Below, piece after piece: positions 38,798 through 46,405 of a stretch of 64,000 nucleotides of DNA; within the stretch, counting starts at the first letter, position 1; every line of letters starts with the position of its first letter. The stretch covers positions 2,461 through 66,460 of the forward strand of contig UQSG01000011.1 of NCBI GenBank assembly GCA_900543695.1. Reading direction: 5' to 3'. The notes beneath the pieces were generated by a model. The model searched no databases, was not told where the DNA came from, and was given only the letters and a program-made list of their open reading frames with translations. This DNA is from an uncultured Clostridium sp. (lineage in GTDB: Bacteria; Bacillota; Clostridia; UBA1212; UBA1255). The position numbers and the translations under genes are program-made.

Positions 38798-40113
38798 TTT
38801 TAGCTCTAGTAATCTTTTTGATAACCTATGCGCTGATGCTTTCTTTGCAAAAATACCGTCCCTGGATTGCGCTTTGCAGCGCGGCGGTGTTTCTGATTCT
38901 TGGTCTGTGCGGCGTCTATGCGCTTACGCCGGCAGCGGCGCTGATGGCGGTGGATTACAATGTGCTTCTTATGATTGCCGGAACGATGGGAATTGTCCTT
39001 CTGTTTATTGAAAGCGGGATGCCGGCACGTCTGGCGGAGCTTTTGATCACGCGTGTTCCAAATATTAAATGGGCGGTTACGGTGCTGGCCTTGTTCGCCG
39101 GAATTATCAGCGCGTTTGTGGACAATGTTGCGACGGTCCTGATGGTAGCGCCCGTCGGTCTGGCGATTTCAAGGGCGCTGAAGATATCTCCGGTCCCTGT
39201 GCTGATTGCCATTGCTGTTTCGTCCAATCTTCAGGGGGCGGCGACGATGGTGGGAGATACCACCAGCATGCTGCTGGGCGGCTTCGCCGGAATGAGCTTT
39301 CTTGATTTTTTCTGGATGAACGGAAAACCCGGTATTTTCTGGGGCGTGGAGCTTGGGGCGCTTGCGTCTGTTGCCGCGCTGCTGTTTTTATTCCGGAAGA
39401 ACCGGCAGCCGGTTTCGACTGCTGCGGAAACAAGGGTAAAGGATCTCTTTCCGTCCGTTTTAATGATCGGCACGGTCGTTCTGCTTATTGCCGCATCTTT
39501 TCTGCCGGAGCCGGAAAACGCGGTTCTTCAGGTTCTCTATGGATTGCGCAGCGGGCTGATCTGCGCAGCCTTGTGCTTGATCGGTATTGTCCGCGAGTGC
39601 ATCAAAAAGAAATCCGGTGATCCGTTCCGGCGCGTATGGAAGGGCCTGGATCGTGATACTCTGCTGCTGCTCTTCGGATTATTTATTGTAATCGAGGGAG
39701 TCAAAGCGGCTGGCGTCATTGACGCCGCGGCGGATTTGTTCCACAGGGTATCCGGTGATAACCCGTTCCTTTTATATACCCTGATCGTTTTCGTATCGGT
39801 TTTGCTGTCTGCTTTTATCGACAATATTCCATATGTAGCTACGATGCTGCCGGTTGTACAGGGCATTGCCGCACTTATGAACGGAGGAGCGGGAATGGAA
39901 CCGTATGTGTTTTATTTCGGGCTGCTGATCGGTGCAACGCTCGGAGGGAATCTTACTCCCATTGGGGCTTCGGCAAATATCGCCGCCATCGGGATTCTGC
40001 GTAAAAATGGAGAAACTGTAAAATTGCGGGATTTTTTACGAATCGGCGTACCGTTCACTTTGTCGGCAGTTTTTGTTGGATATCTTTACATATGGTTTGT
40101 ATGGGGGGTATAA
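38794..40113 (+). CDS. ArsB/NhaD-superfamily permease (anion/cation transporter of unknown substrate)
   Basis: 439 aa, 10-12 TM segments, with an internal-repeat architecture typical of ArsB/NhaD/CitMHS permeases (AFVDNVATVLMVAPV ... AFIDNIPYVATMLPV duplicated motif). Confidence 0.65.
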   Translation: MILALVIFLITYALMLSLQKYRPWIALCSAAVFLILGLCGVYALTPAAALMAVDYNVLLMIAGTMGIVLLFIESGMPARLAELLITRVPNIKWAVTVLALFAGIISAFVDNVATVLMVAPVGLAISRALKISPVPVLIAIAVSSNLQGAATMVGDTTSMLLGGFAGMSFLDFFWMNGKPGIFWGVELGALASVAALLFLFRKNRQPVSTAAETRVKDLFPSVLMIGTVVLLIAASFLPEPENAVLQVLYGLRSGLICAALCLIGIVRECIKKKSGDPFRRVWKGLDRDTLLLLFGLFIVIEGVKAAGVIDAAADLFHRVSGDNPFLLYTLIVFVSVLLSAFIDNIPYVATMLPVVQGIAALMNGGAGMEPYVFYFGLLIGATLGGNLTPIGASANIAAIGILRKNGETVKLRDFLRIGVPFTLSAVFVGYLYIWFVWGV

Positions 40114-40117
40114 AATA

Positions 40118-41416
40118 ATGCTTCAATTGCTTAAAAGGCAGTCTCCCGGCCGAATTATTGCGCTGGGCTTTGCTTTTGTCATTCTGCTGGGTTCTGTGCT
40201 GCTGAGCCTGCCGTGCAGTATACAGGATGGGGTAACAGTACGATACATAGACGCTCTGTATACTTCCACCAGCGCCGTCTGCGTTACTGGACTGATTGCT
40301 GTTGACGCGGGGGATACCTTCACACCGCTGGGACAGTTTTTCTTAGGCTCTTTGATACAGATCGGAGGCCTGGGAGTGACGGCGGTAGGCGTAGGAGTAA
40401 TTCTGGCAATGGGGAAGAAGATAAACCTAAAAGGCCGGAATATTATACGGGAGGCGATGAACCTGGACTCCGGAAAGGGCACAGTTCGTTTTATCAAAAG
40501 CGTGTTTCTGACAACACTGGCGTTTGAGCTCAGCGGAGCCGTTCTGAGCTTTCTGGTTTTCGTACAGGATTATCCGCCGCTGCGTGCGGCCGGGATCAGT
40601 CTCTTCCATTCGGTTGCGGCATTTAATAACTCAGGCTTTGATATTTTGGGGAATTTTCAGAATCTGATTCCGTATCAGGATAATGTGCTGCTGAACCTTG
40701 TGACATGCGGTTTGATTTTCTTCGGCGGCATCGGGTTTCTGGTGATCCGCGAGATCATAAGCAAACGGTTTCGCTGGAAGAAATTTTCGATGCATACAAA
40801 GGTGGTGCTTTCTGTCAGCGCGGTCCTGATCGTCGCAGGGACGATTCTCCTCAAGCTGACAGAGCATGTTACTTGGCTCGGAGCCTTTTTTCACAGTGTT
40901 TCGGCAAGAACCGCAGGATTTTCCACGTATCCGCTCGGCACATTTTCAAATGCCGGTCTGCTTGTTCTGACGGTGCTGATGTTTATCGGCGCGTCTCCCG
41001 GATCTACCGGCGGCGGTATCAAGACCAGTACGTTTTTTGTGCTGCTGCAAGGGATTAAATCCGCGGCAACCAATAAATCAGAAAAGGGCTTCCGGTATGC
41101 CGTTCCGTCCGATGCGTTCCGGAAAGCTGCGGTGATTACTCTGATTGCGCTGGGCGTTGTAGTAACCGGCACTTATTTGATGGTTGCTATGGAACCGGAA
41201 ATTTCGCTGATGGATGCGCTGTTTGAGGTCACCAGCGCATTCGGAACGGTCGGCCTTTCTACCGGTATTACAACTGGACTGTGTGACGGCAGCAAGCTGC
41301 TGTCGATCCTGATCATGTACATCGGCAGACTCGGCCCGCTGACGATCGCGTCTCTGTGGTATTTCACAAAAGGCGACCGTACCAGCTATCCGGAAGGAAA
41401 TATTGCAATAGGATAA
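40118..41416 (+). CDS. ktrB: Potassium uptake protein, TrkH/KtrB family
   Basis: Four MPM repeats with selectivity-filter-like glycine motifs (SVAAFNNSGFD, GASPGSTGGGIKTSTF). 433 aa. Confidence 0.85.
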   Translation: MLQLLKRQSPGRIIALGFAFVILLGSVLLSLPCSIQDGVTVRYIDALYTSTSAVCVTGLIAVDAGDTFTPLGQFFLGSLIQIGGLGVTAVGVGVILAMGKKINLKGRNIIREAMNLDSGKGTVRFIKSVFLTTLAFELSGAVLSFLVFVQDYPPLRAAGISLFHSVAAFNNSGFDILGNFQNLIPYQDNVLLNLVTCGLIFFGGIGFLVIREIISKRFRWKKFSMHTKVVLSVSAVLIVAGTILLKLTEHVTWLGAFFHSVSARTAGFSTYPLGTFSNAGLLVLTVLMFIGASPGSTGGGIKTSTFFVLLQGIKSAATNKSEKGFRYAVPSDAFRKAAVITLIALGVVVTGTYLMVAMEPEISLMDALFEVTSAFGTVGLSTGITTGLCDGSKLLSILIMYIGRLGPLTIASLWYFTKGDRTSYPEGNIAIG

Positions 41417-41429
41417 CAGGAGGATGAAA

Positions 41430-42110
41430 ATGTTTAACAAAGCAAAGAAAGAAAAAGACACTTATGGGATCGTCGGTCTGGGACGATTTGGCTATGCGCT
41501 TGCAATGGAGCTCGCCACCTCCGGCGCCGACCTGGTCGCTTTAGACAGAGACGAGGAGAAAGTGCGGGAACTGCGGGATTACACCGAAAACGCCTATGTG
41601 GTAAAAAGCCTCGATAAAAAGTCACTTTCCGAAACGGGGATACAGAACTGTGATGTCGCGGTGGTCTGCATCGGGGAGCAGATGGACACATCCATTCTGA
41701 CCACGCTGAATCTGGTCAGTCTGGGAGTACCGGCAGTAATCGCAAAGGCGACGAGTCTTGAGCACGGTGAAATACTTGAAAAGCTCGGCGCCGAGGTTGT
41801 ATATCCGGAACGTGACATGGCGATCCGCCTTGCGCACCGGCTGGAAACCTCCAGAATGCTGGATTTCATTCAGCTCAGCGAGCAGCTCAATATTTCAAAG
41901 CTGATAATTCCGGACAGAATTGTCGGGAAAACCGTTCTGTCAGTCAATCTTCGAAAAGAATTTGGCATTAATATCATAGCGATAGAAAACAGCGGTATCT
42001 TAATCGAAACCATTCATCCGGATTATGTGTTCAAGAAAGGAGACATTTTGTTTATATCCGGCAGCAAAGCAGGCTTGAACCGCCTGTCCGCTTGGGCAGA
42101 GAAAGCCTGA
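41430..42110 (+). CDS. ktrA: Potassium uptake regulatory subunit KtrA/TrkA (RCK, NAD-binding)
   Basis: Rossmann GIVGLGRFGYALAMEL...DLVALDRDEEKV (RCK_N). C-terminal RCK_C. About 225 aa. AGGAGG RBS. Confidence 0.85.
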   Translation: MFNKAKKEKDTYGIVGLGRFGYALAMELATSGADLVALDRDEEKVRELRDYTENAYVVKSLDKKSLSETGIQNCDVAVVCIGEQMDTSILTTLNLVSLGVPAVIAKATSLEHGEILEKLGAEVVYPERDMAIRLAHRLETSRMLDFIQLSEQLNISKLIIPDRIVGKTVLSVNLRKEFGINIIAIENSGILIETIHPDYVFKKGDILFISGSKAGLNRLSAWAEKA

Positions 42111-42131
42111 CGAGCCTAGCGCCCGTCAGGC
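42105..42131 (+). other. Stable GC hairpin immediately after the ktrA stop (GCCTGACG-N11-CGTCAGGC), with no T-run
   Basis: Perfect 8-bp inverted repeat. It is followed by the TTTTTCCCT...AGGGAAAAA element rather than a U-tract. Confidence 0.4.
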
Positions 42132-42304
42132 CTGGATCAGGTCGGGCGGTTTTTCCCTAAAAGCCGAGGCCTTAGGGAAAAAGCAATTTTAGAAAAGCTG
42201 AAAAAGGTAAAAACTGGAGAATCTGGAAAAAGAAACTTGTTGAAGTTCAGACGAGAGCATGATAAACTATAAGCAACTTTTTTCTCTGAGGGGAGAGGAT
42301 TGCA

Positions 42305-43342
42305 TTGCTGCGTTATCATGAGTCGGACCGTGGAAGAAATTTGCTGCTTTTGGAGAAATATGAAGGACAGCTTATTTTTTTGCGCGAGGAAATGCGGAAT
42401 TTTGCAAATTATCCAAGAGGGAGCGTAGTGACAAAGGTAACCCGCCGGGTATACCAAAGCAAAACGAAAGGCTTGCGGAAGTATGCAAATTTTTATGATA
42501 ATATTGACGTGGACGGAAAACAGTTCCATGTGAGCAAGCGTGCGAAGCCGCACAGCCAGGAAGAGCTTCGGAAGAAATATGGAACCTATGATCCTAACGA
42601 TTATCGGATTCCGGAAAATTTGCCTGGAATTCGGGATAAATTGCGTTATAAAAAATATATAGAGGATTCTGTAAGAGAACTGGAAAAATTGGCAAAAGAA
42701 ACGAGAGAACGTCTGAATTTCGGGAAACGAAGGCGCGAAAAGGAAATTACCAGGGAAATTGCCAGAAATCTTGGGCTCAAATATGAAATAGGACGCAGAA
42801 GCATGGAATCGTGCAGAGAAAATTCGATGGAAAAAACAATGATTGCCAGATACGGCACAAAAAAACAGCTCAGTACGGCATTTGAAAGCGATGCTCAGAG
42901 GCTGTTTTACCTGCGCGCCGGAAAAATCATACAGACGACGCAGGGTGATTCGGTACGCTCACGTGCTGAGCTGCTGGTAGCGGAAATCCTAAATACATTG
43001 GAAATCCCGTATATTTATGAGTATTATATGCCAGAGGCGGCTTTAAGCTGCGATTTTCTGCTGCAAGTGGGCGGAAGAAAATATTATATGGAAATACTGG
43101 GAATGATGGATCGAAAAGACTATCGGGAACGATGGGAGAAAAAACTGACGGCTTACCGAGAAATCGGCATCGAATTGGGCAAAAATCTTATTGTGCTGGA
43201 TCTTACGGACCGGGATTACCTAGATGCCGGCTGGATCAAAACAGTATTTTGCGGTTTGGCGGCGCGGAAACTGCCGCAGGGCGTTATATACGGCGTGGAA
43301 AATATACAAAAGGCAAGAAAAATCAGAAGACGGACGGAATAG
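42305..43342 (+). CDS. Hypothetical protein with a C-terminal Vsr/DUF559-like (PD-(D/E)XK-fold) endonuclease-like domain
   Basis: TTG start after a GGGGAGAGG RBS. Basic N-terminal region. The C-terminal segment (SRAELLVAEILNTLEIPYIYEYYMPEAALSCDFLLQVGGRKYYMEILGMMDRKDYRERWEKKLTAYREIGIELGKNLIVLD) matches the DUF559/Vsr pattern: DF..(I)E(V)DG-like followed by D..R...L...G..(V). Confidence 0.4.
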   Translation: MLRYHESDRGRNLLLLEKYEGQLIFLREEMRNFANYPRGSVVTKVTRRVYQSKTKGLRKYANFYDNIDVDGKQFHVSKRAKPHSQEELRKKYGTYDPNDYRIPENLPGIRDKLRYKKYIEDSVRELEKLAKETRERLNFGKRRREKEITREIARNLGLKYEIGRRSMESCRENSMEKTMIARYGTKKQLSTAFESDAQRLFYLRAGKIIQTTQGDSVRSRAELLVAEILNTLEIPYIYEYYMPEAALSCDFLLQVGGRKYYMEILGMMDRKDYRERWEKKLTAYREIGIELGKNLIVLDLTDRDYLDAGWIKTVFCGLAARKLPQGVIYGVENIQKARKIRRRTE

Positions 43343-43352
43343 GAAAAGAAGA

Positions 43353-43380
43353 CCGCGGAGACGGAATTCCGTATCCGCGG
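43353..43380 (-). terminator. Palindromic terminator between convergent genes (CCGCGGAGACGGAATTCCGTATCCGCGG); acts mainly for spoIVA on the minus strand
   Basis: A 12-bp perfect palindrome core (ACGGAATTCCGT) extended by CCGCGG arms. On the minus strand it is followed by a TCTTCTTTTCCT run. Confidence 0.6.
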
Positions 43381-43422
43381 CGTCTGTATGGCTCGGCTGC
43401 TTTGAAAGGCCGTAGTTTTTCC

Positions 43423-44901
43423 TTACAGGATTATGCAGATCAGGCCGCCGCTGCCTTCGTTAATGACACGCTGTATCGTTTCCTGGAGCTTTACGCGTTC
43501 TTCATCGGGGATACGGTTCAATTTGCTTTGGAGTCCTTCTCCCATCAGCTCGTTTAACGGCTTGCCAAATAAATTAGACGTCCATATAGACTGCGGATTG
43601 CCCTCAAACTCGTTTAATATGTAATTTACTAGTTCTTCGGACTGTTTTTCTGTTCCGACAAAGGGTGCGATTTCGGTTTCAATATCGGCTTTGATCATGT
43701 GAATAGAAGGGGCGTGTGCACGCAGCCTTACTCCGAATCGATTTCCTTGCTTTACAATCTGTGGTTCTTCCAGATGCATCTCTTCGATTGTAGGCATCAC
43801 GATTCCGTACCCTTTTAGTTCCACCTCTCGAAGCGCATACTCGATTCGCTCGTGTTCTCTTTTTATGCGTCCGAGATCTTTGATCATTGAAACAAGCGCT
43901 TTGTCGTCGGTAATATCGAGACCAGAACGATCGGACAAAATCTGGTAAAATAATTCGTCAGGTAATTGAAGCTCGACTAAAGAACAGCCGCTTCCTGCGT
44001 TTATGGAGGAAACGGTGGCCTTTTTTATAAAGGGATAATTTTCCAGAGCTTCCACGCATTTGCTGATATGTCTGACTTTTGAAGCCGATTCAAACGAATC
44101 TCGGATTGCGTCTGTCAGAGATGCTTTCAGGGCTTCGTTATAATCCAGGCTGACCATCCAGGACGGAATATTGATTCCGATTTCGCAGATTGGAAATTCA
44201 TACAGTACAGTTTGCATAATATCGTTGATATCTTCCTGAGACATTGAGCTGCAATTTACGGGCAGGACGGGAACGCCGTATTTTTCGCCAAGCATTTCTC
44301 TGATTGCAAGGGTTTCTTCCTGCGCCGGGTCGATGCAGTTAAGTAAAATAGCAAAGGGCTTCCCAGTGTTTTTCATTTCTGTAATGACTCGCTCTTCGGC
44401 TTCCTCATACTCACTGCGTGCGATATCGGTAATGCTTCCATCCGTTGTAACCACAAGGCCGATTGTGGAATGTTCCGTAATCACCTTTTTGGTGCCGATT
44501 TCCGCCGCTTCACCAAATGGGATTTTTTCTTCAAACCAGGGAGTGTCAACCATTCTCGGGACGTCGTTTTCCAAATGACCGAGGGCGCCTTCGACAAGAT
44601 AGCCCACACAGTCCACCAGGCGTACTTTGAGTTTGATATTGCCGTCGATCGTAATATTTGCGGCTTCATTCGGGATGAATTTAGGCTCTGTCGTCATGAT
44701 TGTTTTCCCCGAAGCGCTCTGCGGCAGCTCGTCAATTGCTCTGTCGCGTTCGAAGGTATCCGTGATATTCGGAATCACCAATAAATCCATAAAACGTTTA
44801 ATAAAAGTAGACTTGCCCGTGCGGACGGGACCTACCACGCCAATATAAATATCTCCGTTTGTTCTCTCCGCTATTTGCTGGTAAATATCAAATCTATCCA
44901 C
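43423..44901 (-). CDS. spoIVA: Stage IV sporulation protein A (spore-coat basement-layer ATPase)
   Basis: GTG start with an AGGGAGG RBS. N-terminus MDRFDIYQQIAERTNGDIYIGVVGPVRTGKSTFIKRFM is canonical SpoIVA (Walker A GPVRTGKST). 492 aa. Confidence 0.95.
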   Translation of the reverse strand: MDRFDIYQQIAERTNGDIYIGVVGPVRTGKSTFIKRFMDLLVIPNITDTFERDRAIDELPQSASGKTIMTTEPKFIPNEAANITIDGNIKLKVRLVDCVGYLVEGALGHLENDVPRMVDTPWFEEKIPFGEAAEIGTKKVITEHSTIGLVVTTDGSITDIARSEYEEAEERVITEMKNTGKPFAILLNCIDPAQEETLAIREMLGEKYGVPVLPVNCSSMSQEDINDIMQTVLYEFPICEIGINIPSWMVSLDYNEALKASLTDAIRDSFESASKVRHISKCVEALENYPFIKKATVSSINAGSGCSLVELQLPDELFYQILSDRSGLDITDDKALVSMIKDLGRIKREHERIEYALREVELKGYGIVMPTIEEMHLEEPQIVKQGNRFGVRLRAHAPSIHMIKADIETEIAPFVGTEKQSEELVNYILNEFEGNPQSIWTSNLFGKPLNELMGEGLQSKLNRIPDEERVKLQETIQRVINEGSGGLICIIL

Positions 44902-45151
44902 CGAAATACCTCCCTTATAAATAGTAACCCTGTACTCGCTGCGGTTTACAAAATAAGTATATGTGGGGGCTACGGAATTAATACTTAAAAATTTTTTCCC
45001 TAAAAAGACGTCCGTCAGGGAAAAAACGAGCGGCGGCCCGAGACGCTATTTTTAATTGAAAATACAATATTTATTTATTGACATAGAATACAATAAAATG
45101 TATACTTCAACAGTATATTGAGTATCACTCGTATTAGGAGGAATCAGATCT

Positions 45152-46156
45152 ATGACACGGAGAAGGCTATTGCCTGCAATATTATTAGCGGGGATTCTTG
45201 CTTCGGTTTTATTGCTTGCGGGCTGTAAAAGTACGGAGAAAGGTGTATCGACTTGGTCGGCAAATGGCGGCGATCCGTCTTTTGAAAAACAAGAAGAGGT
45301 TTCCGCGGACAAGCTGATGCAGTTCGGCGTATATCCTCAGTCGAAAGCGGACAGTAAGATTCAAAGTGATATCAAGAGCAAGGTTACGATCGATGAGGAA
45401 ACGGGATTATGGAACGAATGCGATGACGAAACCATGTATGCGAGATATGATCTTGAGACGGGATACTTCATATATGCGGCCAAAGTTGACGGCGTCAGGC
45501 AGGAGGAACAATATTATATGCAATGCGGGGAAGACCTGTTTTTGGTTGAGCCTCTTCAATGGATTGTTCTGGAGACGGTCGGATCCGACAGTATTATTAT
45601 TTCCAATAAAGTGATAGACGGCGGCAGAAAATACAGCGATCTTTACGGCGAATGCACATGGGAAACATCTTCCATGCGCGACTGGCTCAACGGAACGGGA
45701 GATTATGATGCGAGAACGGGTTCGGCATATAATACGCAATTGAACTTTATCAACAGAGCGTTTACAAGCGACGAAATCAGCCGCATTCAGACGGTCAGTC
45801 TTACCGCGGCGGACAACGAAACATACGGTACGGACGGGGGAGCAAGCACCACCGATAAAATATATCTTCTCTCCGCGGCTGAGTTTGAAGAATATTTTAA
45901 AGCGGAAGACAGTGAAATCAATGCAATGGCGTATGCCACGGATTATGCCGTAGCACGCGGCGTTTCCGTGGGCGAGGATTCTGAGGCGAACTGGTGGCTG
46001 AGAGACCCGGGTGCGAAGACGTATATGCTTGGCGTCAATCGCGCGGGTACTGTAACGGAGGGCGGTTATTCCGTACATGATACGACTGAGGGCATACGGC
46101 CAGTGCTTCGCGTTCCGACCTCGCTGCTCCAGAGAGTAGAAGTCTCCGCAGAGTGA
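45152..46156 (+). CDS. Hypothetical lipoprotein
   Basis: TTGACA-17-TATACT promoter at 45069-45097. AGGAGG RBS. Signal/lipobox LLLAGCKST. 334 aa. No recognisable catalytic motif. Confidence 0.55.
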   Translation: MTRRRLLPAILLAGILASVLLLAGCKSTEKGVSTWSANGGDPSFEKQEEVSADKLMQFGVYPQSKADSKIQSDIKSKVTIDEETGLWNECDDETMYARYDLETGYFIYAAKVDGVRQEEQYYMQCGEDLFLVEPLQWIVLETVGSDSIIISNKVIDGGRKYSDLYGECTWETSSMRDWLNGTGDYDARTGSAYNTQLNFINRAFTSDEISRIQTVSLTAADNETYGTDGGASTTDKIYLLSAAEFEEYFKAEDSEINAMAYATDYAVARGVSVGEDSEANWWLRDPGAKTYMLGVNRAGTVTEGGYSVHDTTEGIRPVLRVPTSLLQRVEVSAE

Positions 46157-46193
46157 TCGGGAAACAGCATTTTCGAAAATTTTCAAAAGACTA

Positions 46194-46222
46194 TTGACAA
46201 CGCCTGTCCGGTGTTGTATTAT
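46194..46222 (+). promoter_or_regulatory. Sigma-A promoter (TTGACA-17-TATTAT) for tRNA-Lys
   Basis: Consensus -35 box with 17-nt spacing and a near-consensus -10, about 35 nt upstream of the tRNA 5' end. Confidence 0.65.
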
Positions 46223-46257
46223 ATCCTAGCGCTTTGCAGAAGCAAAGCCTTGGACGT

Positions 46258-46333
46258 GATCTATTAGCTCAGTTGGTAGAGCACCTGACTTTTAATCAGG
46301 GTGTCCGGAGTTCGAGCCTCCGATAGATCACCA
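46258..46333 (+). tRNA. tRNA-Lys (anticodon UUU)
   Basis: Cloverleaf: acceptor GATCTAT/ATAGATC; D-arm AGCTCAGTTGGTAGAGC; anticodon loop CUUUUAA (anticodon TTT); T-arm GGAGTTCGAGCCTCC; encoded CCA end. Followed by an intrinsic terminator at 46337-46372. Confidence 0.92.
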
Positions 46334-46336
46334 CGG

Positions 46337-46372
46337 AAATCCGAATCTGCATGCCGCAGATTCGGATTTTTA
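46337..46372 (+). terminator. Rho-independent terminator after tRNA-Lys
   Basis: AAATCCGAATCTGC-ATGCC-GCAGATTCGGATTT followed by TTAT. Confidence 0.8.
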
Positions 46373-46405
46373 TATTGAACGGAAATTTGGAAGGAAAAGA
46401 TCAGA

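Noticed and set aside
46231-46248. Perfect 7-bp hairpin GCTTTGC-AGAA-GCAAAGC between the tRNA-Lys promoter and the tRNA 5' end
   Set aside because: It is short and unremarkable. It is most simply a leader structure or RNase P-proximal processing element, and there is no evidence for an independent function.
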